Shown here piece after piece: positions 12,684 through 25,140 of a stretch of DNA of 64,000 nt. Position 1 is the first letter of the stretch, and every line of letters begins with the position of its first letter. The position numbers and the translations under genes were made by a program. Origin of the DNA: Azolla caroliniana (Eukaryota; Plantae; Polypodiophyta); contig JBHGNT010000016.1 of assembly GCA_043228905.1 (NCBI GenBank), forward strand, positions 13,020,001 to 13,084,000, given 5' to 3'. The notes under the pieces were generated by a model. It worked only from the letters and a program-made list of their open reading frames with translations, was not told where the DNA came from and made no database searches.

Positions 12684-13145
12684 TGTTGTCCGCCAGAATT
12701 GTAACCGCCGGACAGTATGCGTAATTAGATTAGAAGCGTTAAGAAAAGAAATGTAACAGCTCACGCGGGAAGCGTGAACGGCTAAACGCCCTGTGTATAT
12801 AAAGGGAAGAAATCCTCTATAAGAGGTAGCGTGTAATTTTTAAGCGTGAGGTTCTTTCTTTTCTAGTAGATCTTATCTTCTCCGATGTTCTGTCTGTGTA
12901 ACCCGTGTTGTCTCGTGTAATCTCTAAACTATTCGTAAGTGCTTTTAGAAAGCGTAGGGTAAGAGACAACGTAGTAGCACAGTCAAGTTCTCGATCGTAG
13001 CCGTGAACCTTCACCCATAGATACGCATTATTACGCAACGAACGGAGTATGCCTCAGGCCTCGTGTAACGGCATACCTTGTCACGCAATCACCTTGAGGT
13101 TTATCTCGAAGGACTGAAGATAGACAATGTTCCATATCGATAACA
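12684..13145 (+). repeat. 3' LTR of element B
   Basis: TGTTGTCC start and GATAACA end; TATA (tatataaag) near 12797; abuts copia RNase H sequence (GYTDSDY on the minus strand). Confidence 0.7.
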
Positions 13146-14849
13146 TTGAATTCTCGACGTAGTCGGAGTCGGTGTAACCTTCAGCTTCGGTCAGGTTTAT
13201 TGATCCGAAAGTTAGTTGTGCATCTTTGAACCCTCTTAGGTACCTGAGGATGTGCTTGATGGCCTTCTAATGCTTCCGTCCTTGATTCGACATGTATCGG
13301 ATGATGACCCCTATGACATATGCAAGGTCTAGTCGGGTTGTCACCATCACGTACATGATACTTTCTACGGCCGATGCGTAGGGTATCTTTCCATTAAGCT
13401 CTCTCTCCTTGTTTGTTGAAGGAGAGTCTTAGTCTGATAGTCAAATTGATGTTGGTAGTGGAGTTGATGTTGGCTTCACATTCTCCATGTTGAAGCACTT
13501 CTGCACCTTACAAATATAGTTCGACTGGGAGAGTTTGAAGGTCTTTCGATTTCGATTTCGCTTGATCCTCATGTCTTGTATGTGTTGGGCCTGAGTTCCT
13601 TCATCACAAACTTGTCATGAAGGCTCCGCTTTAACTTCCTTATTTCGGATTGATTGCTCCCTCCAATCAACATGTCGTCGACATATAGGATCAGATATAT
13701 CTGGAACTCGTCGGCCAGTTGCCGAACATATAGACATGGGTCAAACTTGGATCCGTTGTATCCAAGCTATCGAATGTAGGAGTCGAACTTCTAGAACCAC
13801 ATCCTCGGTCCTTGTTTTAAGCCATATAGGGTTTTCTTCAATCGACATACGAGGTGACTTTCCTCCCCCATCGCCAAGAAGCCTGCCGGTTGTGACATGT
13901 AAATGTCATCTTCCAAGTCTCCGTGTAGGAAAGTTGTCTTGACGTCCAGTTGCTCAAGCTCTAGGTCCTCTATCGCGCCGAAGGGTGGTCATTTTGACTA
14001 CTGGTGAGAATATCTCATCGTAGTCAACCCCATGTTCCTGTTTGAAACCCTTTGCGATGAGCTGAGCTTTGTATTTGGGCTTTTCTGAATCAGATATATA
14101 TTTGTTCCTGAAGACTCATTTGCAGTGTAGCGGCTTCCTTCTAGCTAGTAGTTCAACCAACTCCCATGTATTCTCCTGATGGATCGAATCCATCTCGGAT
14201 CTCTTGGTCGAGTTGGACTGTTTGTCAAATCTCTGATCCGGCCTGGTGGGTCAGTCTTTCTATGACTTCTCTGTTGATTTCAAAAGAGCCTCTTTTTTCC
14301 CACTATTTTCTATTGGTTCCATTCAGAGATAATAGAGTCTTCATTGAAGACTATGTCACTGCTCCGGATCAATTTCCGGTTCTGTGGGTCCCATAGCCTG
14401 TAGCCAAATTCCCACTGGTTCCATAACCGAGAAATATGCACTTTGTCGCATGGGGTGCCAACTTGGTCCTTTTCTCCCTAGGGATGAACGCACAGCACAA
14501 GCTTCGCATCTAAATATATGAAGTCTGCCATAGGTCAGTTGTTTGCCTGATCATAGTGCCTGTGGCACTTCAAGCCTGATTGTTGTTGACGGTGATAGAT
14601 TGATCAGATATACTGCCGTCTGCAATGCTTCGGCCTAGAACTCTAGCTTTAGTCCGGCTTGTTGGAGCATTGCCATCACCCTCTCCTGGATCGTTTGTTT
14701 TATCCGTTCTGCCAATCCATTCTGCATGGGTGTGTAAGGAACGGTCTTTTGATGTCGGATTCCTTTGTCGAACAGGTATTGTTTGAAGGCTTGGGAGGTG
14801 TATTCTCCTCCATTCTCGAATCGGTTCTCCACTTCAATTATGCATCGAG

Positions 14850-15239
14850 TGTTGGTCGGTCAGAAGAGCAAGGACAAGTGGGAAGGCGGAATCGGATCGG
14901 ATAATAGGAAGTAAATAATAGTAGAATTATTATTCGGAGGGACGGATCCGATACAGTTGTACCGATCCGGATCCGGACCGATTCGGATGTCGGTTGCCTA
15001 AGCGCACCGATTGTAACCTTGCCGGATGCCTATAAAAGGATCCGATGATTTGTAAAGGGTTTTGACGGAAGTAATACAATAGTAATTATTGCGTGTTTAT
15101 CTGTATCTCGTATTGTTTACCGTCTGTGCTTAATTGTAATCATCTTACGCGTGTAACCTAGCATCCAATCCTTACCACCCCTTTGGAGAAGTGTCGGATA
15201 GACACCTGTGTTGAGGCTAGTCCGGCCAGACAGACAACA
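14850..15239 (+). repeat. 5' LTR of element D
   Basis: Direct repeat of 24394-24774; TATA (cctataaaag) near 15030. Confidence 0.93.
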
Positions 15240-15245
15240 CTATTT

Positions 15246-15255
15246 TGGCGACCAC
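15246..15255 (+). promoter_or_regulatory. Probable PBS (tRNA-Arg type)
   Basis: TGGCGACCAC shortly after the LTR; matches the 3' end of plant tRNA-Arg(TCG) over 10 nt as recalled. Confidence 0.6.
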
Positions 15256-15288
15256 GATTCCTGCAAAGTGCAGAGGACAACCGGGAGA

Positions 15289-18200
15289 TGGATGTCTAGA
15301 CCAAACGACGACCACATCACCGAACGAGGGAGACGATACACCGAACGCGAGCAACGACGGGAAGCCCTGCAGCAAGCCGTCGACAAGATCCGGCGGGATC
15401 GGTCATTCTCCAAAACTCTTCGGAGAGTCGCAGAAGAAGCACTGCAGTTCCGGGTTCTGCAAATCCCCGACGAAGGCAGTAGCATAACAAGCCTGCAAGA
15501 GGCGGAAACGATACTGCAGACGCTCGTCGGGGGCAACGGGGACTCGGAAGCATTCGCAACACTTGAGGCGGAGTCGGAAAGCGACGGAAGCATTGCGTCC
15601 CGGTATAAAAGCAGCCACGACACACCAAACGACCGGGAGGACGAGGGGTCGGAAGACTCAGTAACACCGGCGCCAGAGGAAGAAATAGCCCTGGAATTCG
15701 GTGACCGGCAATCGCCGAGGGAAGCTGACCGGATACCGACAACAACCGCGAAGGAACCGAAGGAGTGGATACTGACAACACCCGCGGAGGAACCAAAGGA
15801 CCGGACACCGGCAACACCCACGGAGGAACCAAAGGTTCTCACACCAACGCCAACAGCGGACAGAGAGCGGAGGAAACAGGAGAGTCAGTTGGACGACACG
15901 ATGCCGTACCCATACCCAAAGTACCGGGATGAGGCCGACGCGGAGGCACATGTGTACGCATTCCTCCAAACATGGGAAGCCAACCATGTCTCCCAAAGAC
16001 TGACGGAGCCCGAAGCCGAACGATCCAAAGTCACCGAATTCGGCATAACCTTGGAAGGACCGACGGCCCGATGGCACGCAAAGCACTTACCGGGCAGCTT
16101 TGCCACATTCGATGCCTTGAAGGCCAGATTCCTCAGGCTTTTTCACAGACAATTTGAGCAAAGGGAATTGGTCGGGCAGTTCTACACCACCTGGCAGGAA
16201 GAGAACGAGACGGTGCCACAATTCATCATTCGGTTTCAGACCCTGCACAGCCAACTGACAAGAGCACCACCCGAAGACGACACCAAAGCAGTCTTTTTGG
16301 CCGCACTGAAAGAGCCACTTCGAACAATGTGCGGAGTCCTTGATTTCCAAACCAGCACAATGGACCAAGTTATTGATCGGGTTTTAGAAATGGACAAGAC
16401 TAGCCCCTTCTTGTCGATGGGGATGTTACACCGGGCACTCCCAAAGGAGGAAGACCTGAGGTTCCGACAGGCCTTACAATGTACAACATGCCTAAATTTG
16501 GGGCACTCAAAAGTAGACTGCACCCTGCGGACACAATGTATGATCTGCAACTCTCGAGCCCATACAACGGACCGATGCGAATATAACCTGTTAAATCGGC
16601 AGGCAGCACCGGTTCGACACATAGAACCGCGCAATCAGAACCCGGACAAGGATCGATTCCGGAGAGACGACCGCTACCAACGCGAACGCGGTAATAGATA
16701 CGCTGATAGAAGACGCGACAACTATGACCGAGAGGAGAGATGCAGAGATAGCTACCCCCGGGACCGGTACGACCGAGACGAATCCCCAGAATACGACCGA
16801 CGCAGAGAAGAGAGGCGACAAGGGAACCGAAATTTCTGACGGAATCAAAAGCGTGGATTTTTCCGAAGAGAGGAACGTCGGGAGGCAGCGAGGAATGACA
16901 ACCCGGTATCGGTACCGGATAACTGAAAAACCGAAGACGACCGCCTGAGCATACCCACCCTCCAAACCGGGGACAAAGGAGAAACGAGCAACAATCACAA
17001 GGTGTACTGTTATTACTGCCGTAAGGAAGGCCACTATAGTAACCAATGCCCAAGCAAAACCAATGACAAGCAGCCGGAAGTCAACATGGTTAGAGCCGAA
17101 ATAACAGAAGTACAGTAGGTCACAACCCGGTCAAAGGGAAAGACCGCCGAGTGGGAAGCCCAGGAGGCAATCAGAAAACAAGCGGCACAATGGATCAAGG
17201 AGGCCAATGAACAGAATGCGGCAGAAGTAAGAGACCAAAATATGCCAAAAGACGAAGAAATCATACAGCAAGGAGAAAACCCGACGTGGCAAGCGCTACA
17301 AGACTGTCAAATCGTGATGCCGTTAGCACGACTACTACAGTTAGTGCCACGGTTTACGGCAGACCTACAGGCATCCGTCAGCAAACCGAAGCCGACGCCA
17401 GCACCGGCATTCTTCTCCAACCCGGAGGAAGGACCAACGGTGGTCGATACAAGTAGCCCGGCGATCACGGCAATCGTGAAAGGAAAGGAAATTGCTGGAA
17501 CGATTATTGACGGAGGCTCCGGGGTAAATGTCATCAGCCAACAGACATGCAACGACCTGGGCATCCGGGAATGGGAACCATGCCCCTTCTGGTTACGCAT
17601 GGCGGATACCAGCTCAGTCCGACCGACCGGGCTTATCCGGGATTTGGAAGTAACGATCGGAGGCCACGTATTCCGGATATCGGCCGTGGTGCTGCAGCTG
17701 AATGTACAAGGCGCGTACCCCCTACTGCTAGGATGACCATGGCTGCGAACGGCGCATATCAAGCAGAGCTGGCAAAAGAACATGATCACATTCCGGCGAG
17801 GGAAAACAAAGGTACGAGTAACGACGCAACCACGGGTGATCACCAGTAAGGAAGCAACTCCATTGTATGCGGAAAGCATTAACATGTTGGAGGGATTACC
17901 GGACGAGGAAGTCGAGCGGTACCTCGAGGAACACCCACGAATCGTCCCACTATTTGAGGTGGATATCACGGCGGCAGTAGAACCGTACATTACGACGCCG
18001 GATGAACCGGACCAAGCGGCGATCCGGGAACTACGACAAGCGCAGGAATCCCTAGAGAGGGAAATGACGATATCCCAGAGGGTAAAAGCATCCCAACTCG
18101 AGGAGGTGGACCTCGGCACAGTAGACAAGCCCCGACCGGTAAATGTTGCAAAGGAATTGCCGAAGGAAGAAAAGAAGGCAATGGTAGCATTATTAACAGA

Positions 18201-20880
18201 CTTCAAGGATGTGTTCGCGTGGTCGTACGAAGACATGCGAGGGCTGGACCCCCAGCTCTATCAGCACCAAATTCACCTAAGTACAGACGCGAAACCGATC
18301 GCTCAACGCAGGTACCGGATGAATCCGAATTATGTGGCAAAGGTAAAGGAGGAAATTGATAAGCTCCTCCGGGTCGGATTTATCCGACCGGTCAAGCAGG
18401 CAACCTGGCTGAGTCCGATAGTGGTGGTCCCGAAAAAGAACGGCAAAATCCGGGTATGCGTGGACTACCGAAAACTAAATGTCGCAACAGTGACCGATGC
18501 GTTTCCACTACCATTTACGGACGGGGTGTTAGATGCGGTAGCCGGCCACGAAGTTTACAGCTTCCTGGATGGATTTAGCGGCTACAACCAAATACGAATG
18601 AACCCGGCCGGCCAGGAGAAGACAGCGTTCGTGACGGAATGGGGAGTGTTCGTCGCGGATGATGTTCGGACTAAAGACGGCTCCAACGACCTTTCAAAGG
18701 ATAATAATGGAAATTTTCGGGGAATATATCCCCGGTTTTATGCAGGTCTTCCTTGACAATTTCGCGTTCTACAACCGGCACGGAGAGCATCTCGATCACC
18801 TCCGGCGGTGCTTGGAGAAGTGCCGCGAGTACCGATTGAGCCTGAACCCGGCCAAGTGCGTCTTTGGAGTGGCAAGCGGCAACTTACTAGGGCACTTGGT
18901 GAGTAAGGAAGGAATCGCGGTAGATCCGGATAAAGTCAAGGCGATTCTGGAGGCACCAGCACCAAGTAACGCAAAGGCTTTAAGCCGGTTCCTGGGCCAA
19001 ATAAGGTGGCATAGCCGGATGATATGGCACCTCGCAGACTTCGCTACACCATTACATACCGCCATACATAGGGTACCCTTCCTATGGGCGGAGACGGAGG
19101 AGGAATCCTACAAAGCGTTGAAGGTTATGCTGTCGCAAGCTCCGGTGGTGCAACCGCCGGATTGGAGTAAAAGCTTTCACGTCTTCGTCGACGCGTCGGA
19201 CGTAGCAATCGGCAGCGTTCTGATGCAACTCATGGAGCCGAAATGGTACCGACCGGTGTACTACGCAAGCCGGAAACTCTCAAAAGCCGAACGGAATTAC
19301 TCTACGACGGAACGCGAGGCATTGGGAATGGTGTATAGTGTCACAAAGTACAGGCACTATCTGCTCGGAAGGAAGTTTTCCTTCCATGTCGACCATTCGG
19401 CACTACTCTACCTGGTCTCGAAGGCATCCCTGACAGGAAAAATTGCACGGTGGACACTGCTGCTACAGGAATTTGAATTCGACATTTTCCACCGACCCGG
19501 GGCGCAGCATGCGGTAGCGGACTACCTAAGCAGACTCGAATCCGGAGAAGCAGGGGACGGCGTCCAGGATGAGTTTCCCGACGCCGAATTGTTCCGGATC
19601 ACGACGAAACCGGCAACGGATACAACGGTAGCCGATGAAGACACATGGCTAACTGAGATGCATCAGTTCCTGAGCACCGGAGTTCCCCCGGAGAACATGG
19701 ACCGCGATGAAAGGAAAAGGGTGGCAGTAAGAAGCAGACATTTCTGCTTGGTTGGAGACACCCTCTATCACAAGGGGGCAGATGGCATCTGGAGACGAGC
19801 AGTGCGGAGCGATGAGAAGGATCTAATCCTCAGGGAAGCCCACTGTGGAATTGCCGGCGGGCATTATGCCGGTGACGCAACCGCTCGGAAAATATGGCAG
19901 AGCGGATTGTGGTGGCCGACCACCCTAAAAGATGTCGTGAAGTATAGCAGAGAATGCGATTTGTGTCAACGACTGGGCCAACCCACAGAGCAGGCCCGGA
20001 TGCCACACCACCCGGTCTTGCCCTTGGAACCGTTTCAAAAGTGGGGGTTGGACTTTGTCGGCCCCTTTAAACCACCGGCAATGCGAACCGGAAATCGGTA
20101 TGTCATAGTGGCAACCGACTATTGCACCAAATGGGTAGAAGCAAAGGCCTTAGGGGACAACACGGCCGCGTCCACGGCAAAGTTCCTGTACGAGTGCATA
20201 TTGTGCCAGTATGGTTGCCCGATCGAGCTTATAAGTGACCAAGGAGGGCATTTTCTCGGGCAGGTAGTAGAAAGCCTGACGTCATTTTACGCGGTGGTAC
20301 ATAAAAAGAGTACACCCTACTACCCTCAAGCCAATGGACTACCGGAATCAACGAACAAAACTCTGCAGAACATCCTACGAAAAATCGTCAACGAGAACCG
20401 GACCGACTGGGATACGAAATTGCAAAGCGCACTATGGGCGTACCGAACAACGTACAAAACCAGCATCCGGACAACCCCGTTCCGACTAGCATTCGGGTTA
20501 GAAGCGGTCATGCCGGTAGAGTTCCAGATCCCCAGCTTACGGATTCAGGTGAAGGAGCGCTTAAGTGAGAACGAGTCCGAACGAATCCGGCTGGCGACGT
20601 TGTTGGAATTAGAAGAAAACTGAATAGCCAGCTTACTACAACTCGAACTGGACCAAAGGAGGAGAAAAGCTTTCGTGGACCGACACCGGTGCTACTATTC
20701 CAGACACGGATGGGGAACATGCCGGGAAAGTTACGGTTTCGATGGACCGGACCGTTCTGGATCACCAAGGAGTACGATGGGTAGTATCAGCTCGGCACGT
20801 TGTCTAGAGATGTCATCGGCAAGTGGGCAAATGGATTTCGGCTAAAGCCGTATAAGGGAAATATGCCAGCCAACCCATTC
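15289..20880 (+). pseudogene. gag-pol of element D (one original frame with a few stops and frameshifts)
   Basis: Retrotransposon gag; three CCHC knuckles; IIDGGSGVNVI protease; RVCVDYRKLN and FLDGFSGYNQI RT; VDASDVAIG RNase H; WGLDFVGP and YYPQANG integrase; WTGPF GPY/F tail; ORFs 15208, 17242 and 17782 share one frame. Confidence 0.92.
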
Positions 20881-21245
20881 AAGCAAAACCCGGAAATCCG
20901 GCAAGATGAGGAACCGACACCGACAGACGCTGCTGAAGATATTCGGACCGAGGAAGAACCGACACCGATACTGACAAAGACTATCCCGGAAAACCGACAG
21001 AAGGACCCGAACAAATCGGGGGGGGACCAGCAAATGACGTGGTCCAAACAAAGAAAAAAAAAAAAAAAAAAGACGTGGGCAAAATCGACGCGAATCATAG
21101 TAATGATGGGGAGATCACAAGAGGTGGGAGCGCCACCATGCAACGAAGAGGCGCCATGCATTAAAGAAGGACATGCGCGTACTTGCTATTTAAAGCATGG
21201 AACGTGGGCTCTCACACGCGGCAAACAAGAAAGGACTTACTAATT

Positions 21246-24200
21246 ATGGCGGGAGAGGAACATGCGCGGGAAACGAAAAAGGGCGGCTCGAGGCAAAAGC
21301 CACTATATAAGACACAGGCCTGCGAAGGGCTCACTTTTTACGAATTTTCCTACATACAGGCGCAGAAGCACAGAAGAGCGATCCGACGCACAGAGCACAC
21401 ACAGCGCGATCCCGAACAACAGGCAGCAGAAGAAGAATTCGAAACAATGGTACTGTTGGAAGAGGCACGCCAATGGATGAGGGAGAACGGGTTAAAAGGA
21501 TTGCTGCGGATCGCCGACGCTCCACCACACGCAGAACCAGAGCAGGCGGCAGCATCGATCGATATATCAGAAGTCACGGAAGGAGCGGTGCAGGCGCTCA
21601 CGGGGATAAAAGCAGGAGGACTTCAAACAATCGAAAACCCTTCAAGTGAAATCCTGTTCGAATATTTCGGGGAGTACTCTATCAGCAGCAAGGCGTACCG
21701 AACGCAGGGCGGAGAGAACCTGTTGTTCGAAGAAGTGGCCCGCGCCATGATTGAATACGGATTCGTGAATCCCCGTCCCCCGGCCATAGCCAAGTACCGG
21801 GCAGCGTTCTTAATAGCAGCGTACGAAGGCTTACAAATAGACTGGCTCCATTTCATAACCGAAGGATTGAAGGAGGCCATCAAAAATCTTGTGGAAGGAA
21901 AAAAGCCATGGGCCGGGATAGCACAATGGCTAACGGTGTTAGTCCCACCAGTGCTCCCCATCACACAAAAGAAAAGAGGTCGGCAGGAGACGACGCCGAA
22001 AAAGGTCACAAAGCGCCGACAGATCTTGGAGAAACACACCCCCGGATGGACCCTGCAAGAAGTAGAACAGCAGGGGGAAGGACCATCCCGACAGCAACAG
22101 GAATCGGCAACAAAGGCAAAACCGGTTGGTAAAGGCAAAGGGAAATCGGCCGAGGAGGAACCGGTAGCGCGCAAACCAATCCATATAACGCTGCGACGGC
22201 CGGAACCGGAACCAGAGGTCTTTATACAAAAGGTCCGTCTGGTAACCGCACCGGAGGAGGAAGCTGATACAGAAGACTCATCCGAACCACTGGTAGACTC
22301 CCAGCAAGACAAGGTCGGGAGAAACGGGCGAAAGGATTGGCTCCACCAGTGGACAGAACTCAGCAGAGGGCGCAAGGACCATCTCCAGTAGCCGAGGCGG
22401 AAACAACACCGGAACCCGTACCGAGGGAAGCAGCACCGACACTGGTTGTGCCGAACTTCAGAGAACCGGTCATCCCAGAGAAGAAGAAGGAACAAGCGCC
22501 GGAGCCAGAGAAAAGGCCGGAAAAACAGCCTGAGTTAAGTGAGCAAGGCCACCCCGACACAGGAAGAACAAAGCCACAATGGCTGAGATGGCTTTCGGAG
22601 CAGTTATCGGGAGTAGCGGACCAGTTAGAAAAAGAAGAAACGTGTAGGCAACAGCTAACGCATACAACAACTCAGGAGTTGGTCGCGCTCCGAACACAGA
22701 TCGAGGAAATGCAAGGGGAGCTGTTGCAGGCAAGGGAAGGAATTCAACAAGCACAAGTTGTCACCGAGCCGGTCGGGACAACAAGGAAGCAACCAGAACC
22801 GGAACCGGAACCGGTAGCCTTGCAAACCGGCCCTGAGACCGAAAAAATAATAGAAACCTTACGAGAGGAGTTAAAAGCTCAGGAGGCATTAAGGGAAAGA
22901 GAAAGGGAGCAGCGGAAAGCGGTGGAGGACGACAGACGAAAAATGGAAGAAGGCCTCTGGAAAGGTCGAGCCGCTAATGACCGACTGCAAGAAGAAAAAG
23001 AGAAGCTGCAAAAGGAGAAGGACCGACTACGTCGACATGCCGAGCAAGAGATAGAACGACTGCAGGAAGAACTCCGACAATAGAAGGACCAGGACGATCG
23101 GTTAAGAGCTCAGGCCAACCGACGCCTGAAGCAGAAGACGGAGGACTTCGACCGTCTCTACCGAGATCACAAGCAGGTCGAGTCGGACAACAAGAAACGG
23201 GCAGCAGACTACGACCGGCAAATAGAGAAGCTGAAAGAACAGCTCAAAGAGACCCAATTAGACCTGGCTAAGGCAATGGATGAGGTCAGTGCCAACAAGG
23301 AAGCATTGTCGGCGGAAATAGCCCAAGCGACGGAGAGAAGGAAGGAATTAGAGGCGCTAAGGCGGGAAAAGCTGGACCTGACCAAGATCAGGAATGAAGA
23401 AAAGGAAAAATCGACCTTCACGATCAGCAAACTGCAAAGTACCTATGAAAAGCAGAAAGCAGATTACGAGGCCCAGGCTCAGATAATGGCCGACATTATA
23501 AAACGGGCAAGGAAGGAAAAGCAGGAAGCTTATGCGCATGCTAAGGCAGGGGTTGACCGGATCAAGCTCATCATGTCAGGATGGAGTACCCGAGCTCAGG
23601 CAAGCATCAACGAAAGTACGGAAAAGCTATGGAAGGAGTGGTCACAACAGGCAGCCGAGCTGCAGACACTCCGAGCGGATGCCGAGAATCGGAGGAAGAC
23701 CGGTGACAAGTTCTACAAGATGGATGAAGAAAGTATCATCGCCATTCAGGAAGAATTGTCGGAGGATTTCTACACTTTAGCAGAAGAACACCTCAAAGAA
23801 ATCCGAGGGTTGGTAGAGAGGTTGGATGACGGGCAGCTCGCAACTCAGTTGGAGTTGGAGAGATACGAGCAGGACCGGTTACGACAGGAAGCTAAGGGAA
23901 GAACGACGCCAATCACGATAAGTGAGGGAGAGCGACCGGCTGAAGATGAACCAACCGACACCGAACAACCCCGACGAGGAATACCCGAAGACGAACTTGA
24001 AGAAGAGCAGGAGCAGACCAATGCCGGAGAAGAAGAAGAGCTGAGATCGGAAGACACCAGAGCAGAGGAAGGAGGCATATCGAGTCGACCAGTCGAGACC
24101 GGAGAAAGCGACACTGGTAACAGAACAGAGCCAGGAACAGAGGGAGAACAGGAAGAACCCGAACGAAGCGGTGAGGAAGCACCGGCACCACAGAATCAAG

Positions 24201-24343
24201 CAGAGCCGGAGCAGCAAATTTTTACGGAACAGCCCACCCAACCGGAGGTCGGAGACCAGGCAGGCAAGGAACAGGAACAGGAGGAAGAAGCACCACTTGA
24301 CACCATCGAGCAGAGTGTGCTCGATATTTTGGAGGAAGACTGA
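21246..24343 (+). pseudogene. Extra ORF3 of element D: N-terminal globular domain, long coiled coil, acidic tail (about 1000 codons, one frameshift and one stop)
   Basis: ORFs 21183-22391, 22337-23083 and 23276-24343 (the last two in frame across a TAG); E/K/R/Q-rich heptad-like sequence. Confidence 0.75.
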
Positions 24344-24393
24344 GGCCGGGAGTGGATTCGAAGTGCAAGGCACTTTCCCACGGGCGTGCCATG

Positions 24394-24774
24394 TGTTGGC
24401 CGATCAGAAGAGCAAGGACAAGTGGGAAGGCGGAATTGGATCGGATAATAGGAAGTAAATAATAGTAGAATTATTATTCGAAGGGACGGATCCGGTACAG
24501 TTGTACCGATCCGGATCCGGACCGTCGGTTGCCTAAGCGCACCGATTGTAACCTTGCCAGATGCCTATAAAAGGATCCGATGATTTGTAAAGGGTTTTGA
24601 CGGAAGTAATACAATAGTAATTATTGCGTGTTTATCTGTATCTCGTATTGTTTACCGTCTGCGCTTAATTGTAATCATCTTACGCGTGTAACCTAGCATC
24701 CAATCCTTACCACCCCTTTGGAGAAGTGTCGGATAGACACCTGTGTTGAGGCTAGTCCGGCCAGACAGACAACA
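24394..24774 (+). repeat. 3' LTR of element D
   Basis: Direct repeat of 14850-15239 with a short internal deletion. Confidence 0.93.
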
Positions 24775-25140
24775 CTCAACACAAGTGTCTATCCGACACT
24801 TCTCCAAAGGGGTGGTAAGGATTGGATGCTAGGTTACACGCGTAAGATGATTACAATTAAGCACAGACGGTAAACAATACGAGATACAGATAAACACGCA
24901 ATAATTACTATTGTATTACTTCCGTCAAAACCCTTTACAAATCATCGGATCCTTTTATAGGCATCCGGCAAGGTTACAATCGGTGCGCTTAGGCAACCGA
25001 CATCTGAATCGGTCTGGATCCGGATCGGTACAACTGTACCGGATCCGTCCCTCCGAATAATAATTCTACTATTATTTACTTCCTATTATCCGATCCGATT
25101 CCGCCTTCCCACTTGTCCTTGCTCTTCTGACCGGCCAACA
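24775..25140 (-). repeat. Third, inverted copy of the element D LTR lacking about 24 bp of its U5 end
   Basis: Reverse complement of the LTR from TGTTGGCCGG through TGTGTTGAG; followed by TCGAG, identical to 14845-14849. Confidence 0.93.

Larger units (their letters stand above)
5410..13145 (+). mobile_element. Element B: 3' portion of an Athila-like gypsy element (extra ORF3 remnant plus 3' LTR), interrupted by element F
   Basis: ID*GVIMGPTLREGL...QQYLTVLFPP at 5410 aligns with ORF3 of element D; coiled-coil ORFs 6039-6758 and 6811-6920; ends NILDILEDE* near 12638; LTR follows. Confidence 0.75.
14850..24774 (+). mobile_element. Element D: full-length Athila-like Ty3/gypsy element with extra 3' ORF
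   Basis: LTRs 14850-15239 and 24394-24774 (TGTTGG...ACAACA); gag-PR-RT-RH-INT; no chromodomain; large ORF3. Confidence 0.93.

Noticed and set aside
14850-25140. DIRS-like element or DNA transposon with long TIRs
   Set aside because: It encodes a DDE gypsy integrase with normal direct LTRs and a PBS; no tyrosine recombinase or transposase was seen
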